A stretch of 64,000 nt of DNA from Candidatus Latescibacterota bacterium (GTDB lineage: Bacteria; Latescibacterota; UBA2968): contig OZ220741.1 in assembly GCA_965116885.1 (NCBI GenBank), forward strand, positions 3,776,001 to 3,840,000, given 5' to 3'. Below the pieces are notes generated by a model that ran no database searches, was not told where the DNA came from, and saw nothing but the letters and a program-made list of their open reading frames with translations. This document shows, piece by piece, positions 9,820 through 20,493 of this stretch (position 1 is the stretch's first letter; each line of letters opens with the position of its first letter). The translations under genes were made by a program, and so were the position numbers.

Positions 9820-10779
9820 ATGCAGCGCAACGCATTTCAAGTCGTAATCATCTTCGCGGTAGCCCTGTTCATCGGATGCGGCGCGCCTCAGGATCGAGAG
9901 GATAAATTTCTCAGCGTGGGCACTGCGCCGCCCGGTGGTGCGTTTTTTGTCGTGGGTGGCGCGATTGCCCAGGTTGTCAACGATCACATGCCCTGGGAGG
10001 TTTCTGCCGAGGCCACCAAAGGTACCCAAGAGAATATTCGCCGCCTTTCGAGTGGAGAATTGGATTTTGCGCTGGCCAATGCCGCGATTTCCTATTTTGC
10101 CGTGCGCGGGGAAGGCGCGTGGGGAGAGAAACAAAATATCAATGCGGTTATGACATTGGCACCGAATGTCGCGCTTTTTATCGCGCCACAAAGCGCGGGT
10201 GTCAATGGCTTGGGCGATCTCAAGGGCAAGCGCGTCGTCGTTGGGCCAGCGGGCGCGGGGTTTGAGTATTTCTTAAGACCCATCCTGAACGCGCACGGCG
10301 TTACGTATGACGATTTTACACCGCTTCACAATACGCAGGCGGGAACGGTTGATATGCTCGCCGACGGATCGGCTGCTGCGGCTTTTTTAGGGGGCGCAGT
10401 GCCCACGGCCTCGATCACTCAGGCCAGCGCGTCTCAGAATATTTATTTTATTCCATACGATGAATCGGCCAAACAAAGTCTTTTTGAGAGTTATCCCTTC
10501 TTTTTTGCCGCAACGATTCCCGCCAATACGTACCGGGGGCAAGCAGAAGATTTTGCCGGGATGAATGTCGGTTCTATGCATCTCATCACGCGGGCGAGTT
10601 TGAGCGAGGATACGGTTTACAATTTTACCAAAACGCTCTATGAACGCCGCGCGGAAGTCGTAAAAAAACACCCGGCAGGCAGGGCGATAAATCCCAAAAA
10701 TATCGTTCGGGACACGGGTACGCCTTTTCATCCGGGTGCGATAAAATACTTCAAAGAAATTGGTATCTGGCAGGATTAA
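9820..10779 (+). CDS. TAXI-family TRAP transporter solute-binding lipoprotein
   Basis: Lipobox-like FIGC, GTAPPGG and TKGTQENIR motifs, C-terminal PFHPGAIKYFKE. Confidence 0.92.
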   Translation: MQRNAFQVVIIFAVALFIGCGAPQDREDKFLSVGTAPPGGAFFVVGGAIAQVVNDHMPWEVSAEATKGTQENIRRLSSGELDFALANAAISYFAVRGEGAWGEKQNINAVMTLAPNVALFIAPQSAGVNGLGDLKGKRVVVGPAGAGFEYFLRPILNAHGVTYDDFTPLHNTQAGTVDMLADGSAAAAFLGGAVPTASITQASASQNIYFIPYDESAKQSLFESYPFFFAATIPANTYRGQAEDFAGMNVGSMHLITRASLSEDTVYNFTKTLYERRAEVVKKHPAGRAINPKNIVRDTGTPFHPGAIKYFKEIGIWQD

Positions 10780-10805
10780 ATGGTTTTGAAAATTAGTCGG
10801 GCTCT

Positions 10806-12692
10806 ATGACGCGCCTTTATTCCCACCTGTTTCGCATTCTCTCCGCGCTACTCGGTCTTTTTATTCTGGTCGAAGTCAATCATCCACAACTCTCACCACA
10901 AGCCCAGCTATCGGTTTTTGCCTTGCTGGGCTTGAGTCTTGTTTTTCTCAAATATCCGATTCACTCCAACAAATCCCTCCAGATCCTCGATCTCTTTTTT
11001 GTACTGGCTGTCGTTTTCTGTTTTGGTTATGTCCTGACCCAGACTGAATCCCTCTTTCAGTCCTACTGGCTCAATGGTCAATCTCTGGGCAATCGCGCGG
11101 GACTCGAACACGCGCTCGATCACGTTGTTGGGCTCATCGGGCTTATCCTGGTTCTGGAAGCTACCCGCCGCGCCATTGGTCTCACCCTGCCCTTGCTCGC
11201 ACTCGCCTTTCTGGTTTATGCCGCTTATGGATATATCCTGCCCGATTGGCTCTTTCCCCACCGCGGATATAACTGGGAGCGCATTGTCTCTCAGACCTAT
11301 CTCCACTCCCAGGGCGTTTTTGGCATCGCGCTGAAGGTGATGTTCACCTACGTTTTTCTTTTTGTACTTTTTGGCACTGTGCTCGAAGAGACCGGTGCCA
11401 CGGGATATATTCTGAATACGGCTCGGCGCATTTTTCGCAATAGTACCGGTGGTCCAGCCAAAGTGGCTGTTATTTCTTCGGGTATGATGGGGTCTCTTTC
11501 GGGCAGTGCTGTGGCCAATACAGCGACCACTGGCACGTTCACTATTCCGCTGATGCGCTCAACGGGTTTTCGTCCAACTGTGGCTGGCGGCATTGAAGCC
11601 GCAGCGAGTTCGGGCGGTGCGCTCGTTCCGCCGATTATGGGGGCGGGGGCATATATGATGCTTGAGATCGTCGAACCGGCTGTCACGTATTTGGAGATCA
11701 TCAAAGCCGCTCTTATTCCGGCGATCCTCTATTACGCGGCTCTTTTGCTGATTGTCCATTTTCACGCCAAACGCATTGGTGCGTCTGCAGGCGATGGAGA
11801 TGTTCAGGAACGGCCTCCCAGACCCCGTGGCCTGGTATTTCTCGTCGCTTTCATCACACTTATTGTATTTCTCATTTTGGGATATACGCCTTTTCGCGCC
11901 GTGAGTATCGCCCTGCTCTTTGTTCTCATTGTCGGTGCGTTTAGCTCCACAACGCGCGTTGGGCCTCGCGCTATGATCCGCGCATTGGAAAAGGCCGCAC
12001 ACGGCGGTGTTTCGCTGATTGCGGCGGCTTCATGTGTGGGTATTATTATCGGCGTTGTGACGCTCACGGGTATTGGCACAAAACTTCCGAGCACTTTGTT
12101 GCCACTGGCGCAAAATAATATCATTCTGGCTTTGATTCTCCTTATGATCTCCACTATCATCCTGGGCATGGGGTTGCCTTCGGCTGTGTGTTATCTGCTC
12201 ATGGCGACGCTGGTGGGACCTGTTCTGAGCGATCTCGGCATTGTGCCACTGAGCGCGCATCTGTTTATTTTTTATTTTGGTATGATGTCTATGGTTACGC
12301 CTCCGGTCGCCTTGGCTGCGTACACGGCTGCCGCGATTGCAAAGGCGAGTATTATGCAAACAGGTGTCACGGCTTTCCGCTTTGCCCTTGTGGGTTTCGC
12401 TTTGCCTTATGCCTTTGTTCTGCATCCAGAAATTTTGCTTTTATCTTCTGATGTTTTCGCTATAGTCGCCAATATCCTCGTTGTCCTGCTCGGCATTTTA
12501 CCCCTATCGGCCGCGGCGGCCGGGCATGCTTTTGCCCCTTTGCCCACTTATCAGCGCGTTCTTTTACTCGCCGCAGCCCTTCTCTTATTCCTCACGCCAT
12601 CGGGGGATGCCCGCCTTTATTTGCAGGGTATCGCACTGCTCATCGCCGGTGTCATCGCAGTCTCAAATTATCGGTCTGCTCATCAGGACTGA
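10806..12692 (+). CDS. TRAP transporter fused 4TM/12TM permease
   Basis: LEATRR, GGPAKVAVISS, SGSAVAN, PPIMGAGA and TPPVALAAY motifs. Confidence 0.93.
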   Translation: MTRLYSHLFRILSALLGLFILVEVNHPQLSPQAQLSVFALLGLSLVFLKYPIHSNKSLQILDLFFVLAVVFCFGYVLTQTESLFQSYWLNGQSLGNRAGLEHALDHVVGLIGLILVLEATRRAIGLTLPLLALAFLVYAAYGYILPDWLFPHRGYNWERIVSQTYLHSQGVFGIALKVMFTYVFLFVLFGTVLEETGATGYILNTARRIFRNSTGGPAKVAVISSGMMGSLSGSAVANTATTGTFTIPLMRSTGFRPTVAGGIEAAASSGGALVPPIMGAGAYMMLEIVEPAVTYLEIIKAALIPAILYYAALLLIVHFHAKRIGASAGDGDVQERPPRPRGLVFLVAFITLIVFLILGYTPFRAVSIALLFVLIVGAFSSTTRVGPRAMIRALEKAAHGGVSLIAAASCVGIIIGVVTLTGIGTKLPSTLLPLAQNNIILALILLMISTIILGMGLPSAVCYLLMATLVGPVLSDLGIVPLSAHLFIFYFGMMSMVTPPVALAAYTAAAIAKASIMQTGVTAFRFALVGFALPYAFVLHPEILLLSSDVFAIVANILVVLLGILPLSAAAAGHAFAPLPTYQRVLLLAAALLLFLTPSGDARLYLQGIALLIAGVIAVSNYRSAHQD

Positions 12693-14950
12693 ATGGTCAA
12701 ATCTTCTGATCCGGATGATAGAGAGAGAACGGTGCATTCATCGGGAGACAGATTGATTTGCGCCGTTGTATTTCCCGCAGAAAGTGCGATTTGATTTTCT
12801 GATGCAGTTATTGAAAAGTCGGGAGCACGCTCTCCGGGACCTCGGACAGAGAAAATCGCGGCAATCCGACAGCGTTTTACGCGATCTGTTTCTGCTGTAA
12901 AATGCCATCGCTTTTCCGGCAATTCTTTATCGAGGGTTGGATAGCCTTTATCTGGCGGTACGGGCCATTCATTTGTCTGGCTGAGGCGAAGATCTGTTGA
13001 TCCAAAAAGCTGACCTTTTAATGATGCGCCCTTGCGGTTGGAGGTGACAGTCGTCGCATCGAGATCAAACTTTTCGAATGCGTGTAGCAACCACTGGAAT
13101 GTCGATGCTTCGGGGGCTTCCAATTCATCGATGAGAATTGTGATCGACGGACGGATCATCACGAGATGTCGCCTGTATCGGTTCAACCGGTCTCCGTAAG
13201 CGTTTTCCGCTTCGCCACAGACATATCCAAACGGATCTGTGGTCTTAAAATCGATAATTTCGCCGCCGCGGTTGCCATCCCGGTTGATCGCTCCTTCGCC
13301 ATTGACGAGAACGCAGTTATGTGAAATCGAGTGCTGTGCGTATTCGTTGTGAAATGGCGTGCCGTGATGCGGAAAGCGAAGACCTCCGGCGCAGATTAAA
13401 GCGCGTCCGCCTTTCATTATCGCAAAATCATTCTGGCTCGCATGACCGTGGCTTACGCCGCCAAAGGGCGATGAGCGGAAGAGTACCATAAAATCACTAT
13501 CCGGATGTTCGATATCGCTGTGCAATGCGCCCCAGCCAACGCCCCGAAAGACGCGGTCTTGCGGAATCGAATCCTCTTCTGGCGAGATGGGCTTATCTTC
13601 GAGGAGAATGCCGGGGAAGGGATCGATCTCTGCGGGCTGACCTTCAGGGTCGCGCACCTGATTCGCCCAGGCACGCAGCCGATGATTTTGCAATCTGAGG
13701 CCGTGAAATTGAAGAAAGGTCCTGGCCTGCGAGGCGCGGACGGGTTGATCTTCGGTGTCGCCAAATGGCATAAGCTCGCCAACTGGAGAAACGACGTAAT
13801 AAAAAAACCACGGCATGTTCTGATAATAGGATTTGAGCCATATATCGTGTCCGGTCGCCAGTTTCCAGGCGTGAAAGGGCATTGCGTCCCGCGAGTTATA
13901 AGACAGGCCATAGGGGACACCCTGTGCCCAGCCACCTTCATGTCCTGCCCAATGGGGAAAATTCGTGGCAATAAGTTTAAGTGCGTATTCCGCCCATGAA
14001 GGCGCGCGTTCATCTTCTGCACATGCAATGGCGTGTTCGAGCAAAAAGCCCGGCAGGCGACCATTGTGGCTCTCTTCGGGCGTGAATGTGTAATCGTGTT
14101 TCTCCAGCCTGCGAATCATCTGGTCCGCTCGCGCACCGAGCATGCGCGCGACGAGTTCCCGTTCGTCTTCGGTGAAAATATCGTAGATCCAGTCATAGAC
14201 TTCTGCGCCCGCCCTGAGCAATCCGAGGCCGACTTCGTCACCATAAGGCGCGAGAATAGAGGATATGCCCTCCACATCCCACTGCGCGGCGTCAACAATA
14301 AATCGCCGTGCGGCTTCGCCATATCGCTTTTCTCCAGTGAGCAAATAAAAGAGGGCGAGTGTTCGCATGCCACCATCGTGATATTTACGCATGGTTCCGA
14401 AACACTCGACATAAGCCAGCCTGCGTTCGGCAGGATCTTCAATTTGATCGTATGTTGGCTCTGGCGGTAGTTCGAGTGTGAGTGCGTGGTCAGCGTCTTT
14501 TTTCAATGCTCCGAATGCTTCGGATCGGGTGGATGTTAGCGAGCGTCGCACATCTTTTAGGTCAGATGCCAGAAAGAAGAGCCGCGGGCGTTCTTTTGGG
14601 ACATTTGCCAGCAGTGTAGCGGCGTCTGGGTGAGGTTGTTTGGCAGCGCAATCAGAAATTTCAAAAGATTGGCATTTTGAGCGCGTTTGAACCGCGCCAT
14701 TTACAATGGCCTGTACATGCCAATCGTAAACTCCAGGCGCAAAAACGCGATCTGGATGGTGTATGGGATCGGAGAGCAGGGGAGATTCGTAGTAGGGTTT
14801 TCCTTCGCGTGTGACAATTACGCGATATTGACAGGTGCCCCGGTCAGCGGCCCGCCACCAGCTAAAGCCGGGGGGTGAGAGTGTGAGTGTTTCACCGTCA
14901 AGTGGATGGATATAATTGGATCGTGGCGGACGAATGGATGGAAAGTTCAT
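12683..14950 (-). CDS. DUF4962/heparinase II/III-like protein (oligoalginate-lyase-like)
   Basis: FRSSPFGGVSHGHASQNDF and SHNCVLVNGEG motifs; ERPRL in the N-domain. Confidence 0.8.
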   Translation of the reverse strand: MNFPSIRPPRSNYIHPLDGETLTLSPPGFSWWRAADRGTCQYRVIVTREGKPYYESPLLSDPIHHPDRVFAPGVYDWHVQAIVNGAVQTRSKCQSFEISDCAAKQPHPDAATLLANVPKERPRLFFLASDLKDVRRSLTSTRSEAFGALKKDADHALTLELPPEPTYDQIEDPAERRLAYVECFGTMRKYHDGGMRTLALFYLLTGEKRYGEAARRFIVDAAQWDVEGISSILAPYGDEVGLGLLRAGAEVYDWIYDIFTEDERELVARMLGARADQMIRRLEKHDYTFTPEESHNGRLPGFLLEHAIACAEDERAPSWAEYALKLIATNFPHWAGHEGGWAQGVPYGLSYNSRDAMPFHAWKLATGHDIWLKSYYQNMPWFFYYVVSPVGELMPFGDTEDQPVRASQARTFLQFHGLRLQNHRLRAWANQVRDPEGQPAEIDPFPGILLEDKPISPEEDSIPQDRVFRGVGWGALHSDIEHPDSDFMVLFRSSPFGGVSHGHASQNDFAIMKGGRALICAGGLRFPHHGTPFHNEYAQHSISHNCVLVNGEGAINRDGNRGGEIIDFKTTDPFGYVCGEAENAYGDRLNRYRRHLVMIRPSITILIDELEAPEASTFQWLLHAFEKFDLDATTVTSNRKGASLKGQLFGSTDLRLSQTNEWPVPPDKGYPTLDKELPEKRWHFTAETDRVKRCRIAAIFSVRGPGERAPDFSITASENQIALSAGNTTAQINLSPDECTVLSLSSGSEDLTIQS

Positions 14951-14968
14951 ATTTGAGTCCTTTCTATT

Positions 14969-16129
14969 TTAAGACCACAATTCCGTGCTGTCAGGCAGGT
15001 GTTTTAATATTTCTTCTTCGTCTAATTCGATGCCCAGTCCGGGACCTTCTGGCACGGTGATGTATCCATTTTGTATCGGATTTTTGATATTTAACATGGT
15101 TGACCAGAGTGGGATATTGGCCGAGTGATATTCCAGAGCCAGGAAATTGGGTATGGTGGAACAGATGTGTACGGCGGCTATGCCGGCTACTGTGCTCGCC
15201 ATATAATGCGGTGCGATTGACATGTGATACATTTCTGCCAGTTCTGCGATGCGCCGCGTTTCTATGGCGCCACCACTGCGCGGTATGTCGGGTTCGAGCA
15301 AGTCGCACGCGCCCTTTTCCATGAGTTCTCGAAATAGCTTCGCGCCGTAAAAGATTTCGCCAGTGCAAATCGGCGTTTCTGTTTGCATACAAATTTTTGC
15401 CAGGGCATCTACGTTACCCCATTCCCATCGGATCGGGTCTTCCAACCACAATAAGTCGAGATGCTCTACGTCTTTGCATATCCGCAAACCATCAATGGCG
15501 TTAAACGATCCGTGCAGATCTATCGACAAATCTATATACGGCCCAATCGCGTCACGCAATGCTTCAATGGTCGTTACGATATGTTCGTGTTGTCGCCGTC
15601 CGACAGATCGGTCATACATATCCATTTTCCAGGGGTTGGGAACATCCAGATCGAATTTTAGGGCTGTAAATCCTTGGGCAACGCGCTCTTTTGCCCGCGC
15701 TACATAGCTCGATGTTTCATATACGGGGTCTAATTCACCCGATGCCCGGACTTCATCCCAGCGTCGATTATAGTCTTCTGGCGTCCAGTACGCGCCCGAA
15801 TGGCAATCGCAATACATCCGCACTTTGTCGCGTAGCTTTCCTCCCAGGAGGTCGCACATCGGTACGCCCAGTGCTTTGCCTTTAATATCCCAGAGTGCGA
15901 TTTCTACGCCCGCGCCCATACCCTGCATGCGCCACAGGTGATCGTGATGCAATTGGTTCACGTTGGTCGGGTCTTTTCCGATGAGCGTATTTTTCAGTTG
16001 ATCAACCGATTGTCCTCCGCGCCATTCACCCAACCCTTCGATACCTTCATCGGTGATAATTTTCAATAACGACCAGTGCCGGCAGGCAGCCCCCAAAGAG
16101 GGTGTTTTTTTTATATCTACGATTTTCAT
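14969..16129 (-). CDS. Mandelate racemase/muconate lactonizing enzyme family (probable acid-sugar dehydratase)
   Basis: EIALWDIKGKALG, KFD, DLH, WLEDP, TGE and PEGPGLGIELD motifs. Confidence 0.9.
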   Translation of the reverse strand: MKIVDIKKTPSLGAACRHWSLLKIITDEGIEGLGEWRGGQSVDQLKNTLIGKDPTNVNQLHHDHLWRMQGMGAGVEIALWDIKGKALGVPMCDLLGGKLRDKVRMYCDCHSGAYWTPEDYNRRWDEVRASGELDPVYETSSYVARAKERVAQGFTALKFDLDVPNPWKMDMYDRSVGRRQHEHIVTTIEALRDAIGPYIDLSIDLHGSFNAIDGLRICKDVEHLDLLWLEDPIRWEWGNVDALAKICMQTETPICTGEIFYGAKLFRELMEKGACDLLEPDIPRSGGAIETRRIAELAEMYHMSIAPHYMASTVAGIAAVHICSTIPNFLALEYHSANIPLWSTMLNIKNPIQNGYITVPEGPGLGIELDEEEILKHLPDSTELWS

Positions 16130-16142
16130 GTTACCTCCTAAC

Positions 16143-17537
16143 TCAGTATCCCCAGATCCGCTTTTTCGGTCGCTCCATTTCGATCAGCCTTTTGATCAAT
16201 AGATGCCGATGTTCTATCAGCGCATTGTTGGAGTTTTGCGATACATCGCGGTATTCGCCCCATTCGGCGTTGAGGTCGTAGAGAAATTCTCGCCCATCGT
16301 CATGTGCGATATAGCGATAGCTGTCAGAACGAATCATTTTCCAGCCCGTGGCTTCCATCAATGCCACGGCTTTGTCCGGGGTTTCCCCGCCGCAGAAAAC
16401 GGGATATAGCGATTGGCCCTGTAAATGGGATGGGGTGGGTACCCCGCAGGCTTCGAGCAAGGTGGGGAGTACATCGACGCCTTCGACGATGTTTGATACG
16501 CGATGTCCGCCTTTTTTCCCAGGGATGTGTATCAGAAGGGGGACGCGACTCACGCAATCGTGCCCCGGATAGCCTTTGCCATAGCGCAAGTGTTCGCCCA
16601 GCCATTCGCCGTGATCGGATGTGAAGATTACGATTGTTTCATCTGCAATGTCCAATTCATCCAGTGCGTCTAACATGCGGCCCACATGGTGATCGACTTC
16701 GCTGACCATGCCGTAATATCCCTGTCGCGCGAGGCGAAGCTCGCGGTCGCCGTAGTGATTTTCATTGCGTTTTTCATCGGCTTCTGGCGGGAAGGATGGC
16801 AAGGTCATTTGATCGGGGTCGTACAGGTCCAGAAAACGCTGCGGTGCAACCCAGGGTGAATGCGGGGAGTAAATTCCCGCGATGCACAAAAATGGGCTGC
16901 CTTCACGCGCGCGTTCTGCCATGTATTGAATTGATCGGTTCGCCACCCACGCGGTGTGTGTGTATTCATCTTTTCCGCGAAAGGGGATGGGGTGTTTGGG
17001 GAATCGCTCATCGGGATGATGCACACCGTCTTTTACGCCCATCATCTGGTGCCAGCGCTCTGATAATGGCGGCAATCCGAGGCTCAAATGGTCGAGTTGG
17101 TCCGGCGCCTCCATGCGTACCCAGGCGCGATATGCATCCTCGTAACACCCGGGTTCGTCGCTGATTTCCAGATGGTCAAATCCATAATCGGGATGTACTT
17201 CGCGGTGGTCCCGATTGGCGTGTGGCAAAAAGTGCAATTTGCCGATGTTTGCGGAGTGATATCCCGAATTGTGCAGCAATTTGGGCAATGTCACAAAGTC
17301 TTCGGGCACGGGTACACCCATATGCGTAATGCCGAGTGTGGAGGGATATTGTCCGGTCAAAAAACTCACCCGACTGGGCATGCACACGGGGTTCTGGACA
17401 AAGTAGTGGTCGAAGTTTATGCCCTCGTTTGCCAGACGATCCAGATTTGGCGTCTGGATATCGGTGTTCCCATTCACCCCCAGGGCATCCCACCGCTGTT
17501 GATCGGTGTAAATCAATAAGATATTCGGTCTCTTCAT
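16143..17537 (-). CDS. Sulfatase (formylglycine-dependent)
   Basis: RPNILLIYTDQQR, CMPSR, GKLH and TSDHGE motifs. Confidence 0.92.
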   Translation of the reverse strand: MKRPNILLIYTDQQRWDALGVNGNTDIQTPNLDRLANEGINFDHYFVQNPVCMPSRVSFLTGQYPSTLGITHMGVPVPEDFVTLPKLLHNSGYHSANIGKLHFLPHANRDHREVHPDYGFDHLEISDEPGCYEDAYRAWVRMEAPDQLDHLSLGLPPLSERWHQMMGVKDGVHHPDERFPKHPIPFRGKDEYTHTAWVANRSIQYMAERAREGSPFLCIAGIYSPHSPWVAPQRFLDLYDPDQMTLPSFPPEADEKRNENHYGDRELRLARQGYYGMVSEVDHHVGRMLDALDELDIADETIVIFTSDHGEWLGEHLRYGKGYPGHDCVSRVPLLIHIPGKKGGHRVSNIVEGVDVLPTLLEACGVPTPSHLQGQSLYPVFCGGETPDKAVALMEATGWKMIRSDSYRYIAHDDGREFLYDLNAEWGEYRDVSQNSNNALIEHRHLLIKRLIEMERPKKRIWGY

Positions 17538-17680
17538 GTTGTTCCTTTCTTTTGTGTGATAAGGTCGTCCATAATACCCAAATTTGCCGCTAAAATCCAC
17601 TGCCTTTTCCCTTGACACATCGCCCTTTTAATGCGACTTTGACGGACCTTTGGTGCCATATATAAACTGTGGGATTGAGT

Positions 17681-19090
17681 ATGAAAAAAATGATGCACGT
17701 TCTTATTGTGGTAACTTGTTTAACGGGATCTGTTTGGACGTCAGATACGGTTGACCTGGTGGTGTTGCATATCAATGATACACACGGAAAATTGTCTTCC
17801 TACGATTTGGGAGGGCACAATATTGGAGGGATAGGCCGTTTGTCAACGCTGGTAAAGCAGATTCGCGCAGAAAGTCCCGGGCGCGTTCTGCTTTTGCACG
17901 CGGGTGATATTTTTTCGCGTGGAGAGCCTGTGGTGATTTATACGGGGGGGTATGTGAATCTGTTGGCATTTGAAAAAATGGGCTTTGATGCCATTACACC
18001 GGGCAATGGTGAGTTTTATTTTGGGATTGAGAATCTAAAGCGACAGACTTCGCGCGTATCGACCCCTTTTGTTCACGCGAATGTGACGTATAAGCATCAC
18101 GATGGACCGATTTTTCCACCGTATTTGATCAAAGAAGTTCAAGGCGTGAAAGTAGGGATTTTGGGCCTTGGTCTCATTCGCCCCTGGCATCAGTCGTCTC
18201 AGATGCTGAGGTTGCATGACGCAGTAGAGACGGCGAAGCAATACATGCCAGAATTGCGCCCAAAGGTCGATTTTTTGATCGCATTGACACATATTGGCGT
18301 CAAGAACGACAGTTTGTTGGCTGCGGCTGTACCCGAATTGGATTTGATTGTGGGAGGGGATACTCACACGCGGTTAAATACGCCTTCGCGTATCGCACGG
18401 GCAAATGGGAATGGGAGTGTGTCTATAGTGCAAGCGCGGCATTATTACCAGTTTTTAGGGCGTGTGGATGTGCAATTGCAAAAGGCGGCGCATGGCTATC
18501 GGGTGATGGAGTTGAATGGAAAATTGTTGCCTCTTAAGGAGGCTATTGCGCGCGATGCAGAGATTGAAGCACTCATCGATGAATACACTAAGCCCTTAAA
18601 TGAGGTGATTTGTCGAACGGAACGCGACTTGTCCAATGCGCGAGATAGCAGGTCGGCATTGGGTGATCTGGTGGGGCAAGCGGTGTTAGATCAAACGCGG
18701 GCCGATGTTGCGATTCTGGAACGCAATGGGGATACGCACGGTGTTGCCGCGGGCGATGTTTTTTTGAACGATATTTATCGGCTGCGACAATACAGACCGC
18801 CCGTAATGCTCACACGCCTTTCGCGGGATCAGATCCAGGCGGTTCTCGGGGCGCGGATGTATCTGACAGCGGGCTGTTCATTTGATCGCGAGGATCAAAC
18901 TATCGCAAATCTGAAGATAGGGGCAAAGCCCGATTCTGCGGGTACCTATCTCGTTGCGATAGAGAGACAGGTCGCATTTCGCCATTTTTTCCGCGATGCC
19001 GCATCCGATTCTGTTGCATTTGATTTTACAGGTCAGCGTGTGGATACGGCATTGGAGCGGTATTTGCGCGATGTGAAAGTAATTCGCTAA
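17681..19090 (+). CDS. Secreted 5'-nucleotidase/metallophosphoesterase-like protein
   Basis: Signal peptide; HINDTHG, AGD, GNGE (variant of GNHE), LTHIG and GGDTH motifs; C-terminal 5'-NT-like domain. Confidence 0.82.
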   Translation: MKKMMHVLIVVTCLTGSVWTSDTVDLVVLHINDTHGKLSSYDLGGHNIGGIGRLSTLVKQIRAESPGRVLLLHAGDIFSRGEPVVIYTGGYVNLLAFEKMGFDAITPGNGEFYFGIENLKRQTSRVSTPFVHANVTYKHHDGPIFPPYLIKEVQGVKVGILGLGLIRPWHQSSQMLRLHDAVETAKQYMPELRPKVDFLIALTHIGVKNDSLLAAAVPELDLIVGGDTHTRLNTPSRIARANGNGSVSIVQARHYYQFLGRVDVQLQKAAHGYRVMELNGKLLPLKEAIARDAEIEALIDEYTKPLNEVICRTERDLSNARDSRSALGDLVGQAVLDQTRADVAILERNGDTHGVAAGDVFLNDIYRLRQYRPPVMLTRLSRDQIQAVLGARMYLTAGCSFDREDQTIANLKIGAKPDSAGTYLVAIERQVAFRHFFRDAASDSVAFDFTGQRVDTALERYLRDVKVIR

Positions 19091-19132
19091 GGCTTTTGGC
19101 CCCCTTCTATTCACTGATTTCAGGAGATTGTA

Positions 19133-20422
19133 ATGCATTATAAAACACCGATTACCGATGTTCAGATTGAAGCCAATTTCGAGCACGCCGCCGAACAGTA
19201 CGCCGCTTTTGGCGTGGATGTTGAACGGGCTGTGGATAGAGCACTCGAAGTGCCGATCTCGCTCCATTGCTGGCAGGGTGACGATGTGGCGGGTTTTGAA
19301 GTCAAAGATGAGGCTGTTGAAGGCGGCGGCATTATGGCTACGGGCAATTATCCCGGTCGCGCGCGCAATGGGGATGAGCTTCGCCGAGACCTGAAAAAAG
19401 TGGTTGATCTGTTGCCTGGTCCACACAGAGCGAATATCCACGCCTCTTATGGTGATACGGGTGGCAAAGTCGTCGATCGCGATGCCCTGAAGCCGGAGCA
19501 CTTTGCGAGTTGGGTGGATTGGGCAAAGGCATACGATATCGGTATTGATTTTAATCCCACTTATTTTGCACATCCTAAGGCGAATGATGGCTTTACCCTG
19601 AGCCATCCCGATACAGGTATTCGCGATTTTTGGATCCAACACGGTATTGCGAGCCGCCGCATTTCTGAAGCCATTGGGAAAGCGCTGGGGGATGAAGTTG
19701 TCAACAATCACTGGATTCCCGATGGTGCCAAAGACCATCCCGCTGATCGGTGGACGCCTCGCGAGCGTCTGGTGGAGGCATTGGATACTGTTTTTGACGA
19801 TGGCCTGGGCATAGGTCCCGAATGCGTTGATGCGGTTGAAGGCAAGCTCTTTGGCCTGGGTATGGAGGATTATACGGTTGGGTCCAATGATTTTTATGCC
19901 AATTATGCGTTGACCCGGGGTGTACTTCTCTGTCTCGATATGGGGCATTTTCATCCGACTGAGTCGATTGCCGACAAGCTTTCAGCGCATTTTGCTTTCC
20001 ACGACAAGTTGCTCATCCATACGAGCCGTCCCATTCGCTGGGACTCGGATCACGTCGTTCTATTTAGCGATGACGTGCGCCATGTTTTTCTGGAACTCGC
20101 CCGCCACAATGCGATTGACCGCATGTATCTCGCGCTCGATTTCTTCGATGCGAGCATCAATCGCATTGCAGCTTATGTTATTGGTACGCGCGCCACGCGC
20201 AAAGCCCTTCTCTATGGCCTCGTTGATCCTACCGACCGCCTGCGCCAACTCGAAGCCGAAGGTAAGCTCGCGCAAAAACTCGCGCTGATGGAAGATATGA
20301 AGACGATGCCATTTTCCGCCGTGTGGGATATGTGCTGCCTCAAAGCCAATGTGCCTATCGGTGCTTCCTGGCTCGATGAGATAGAGGCTTATGAGCGCGA
20401 TGTGTTGTCGCAACGCGACTAG
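19133..20422 (+). CDS. rhaA: L-rhamnose isomerase
   Basis: SLHCWQGDDVAGFE, ATGNYPGRARN, DFNPT, GHFHPTE, RWDSDHVV and LDFFDASINR motifs. Confidence 0.96.
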   Translation: MHYKTPITDVQIEANFEHAAEQYAAFGVDVERAVDRALEVPISLHCWQGDDVAGFEVKDEAVEGGGIMATGNYPGRARNGDELRRDLKKVVDLLPGPHRANIHASYGDTGGKVVDRDALKPEHFASWVDWAKAYDIGIDFNPTYFAHPKANDGFTLSHPDTGIRDFWIQHGIASRRISEAIGKALGDEVVNNHWIPDGAKDHPADRWTPRERLVEALDTVFDDGLGIGPECVDAVEGKLFGLGMEDYTVGSNDFYANYALTRGVLLCLDMGHFHPTESIADKLSAHFAFHDKLLIHTSRPIRWDSDHVVLFSDDVRHVFLELARHNAIDRMYLALDFFDASINRIAAYVIGTRATRKALLYGLVDPTDRLRQLEAEGKLAQKLALMEDMKTMPFSAVWDMCCLKANVPIGASWLDEIEAYERDVLSQRD

Positions 20423-20435
20423 GGAACCGGATGTA

Positions 20436-20469
20436 AAAACGCCCGTCAGAGTGCTCTGGCGGGCGTTTT
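20436..20469. terminator. Bidirectional intrinsic terminator
   Basis: AAAACGCCCGTCAGAG-TG-CTCTGGCGGGCGTTTT between convergent genes. Confidence 0.8.
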
Positions 20470-20493
20470 GTTATGTGTAGATGAATCAGTCTC

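Noticed and set aside
18878..19954. Long antisense ORFs (e.g. 358 aa opposite rhaA, 318 aa at 30407-31363, 254 aa at 29496-30260)
   Set aside because: These are shadow ORFs opposite well-supported genes, expected from codon bias, with no motifs.
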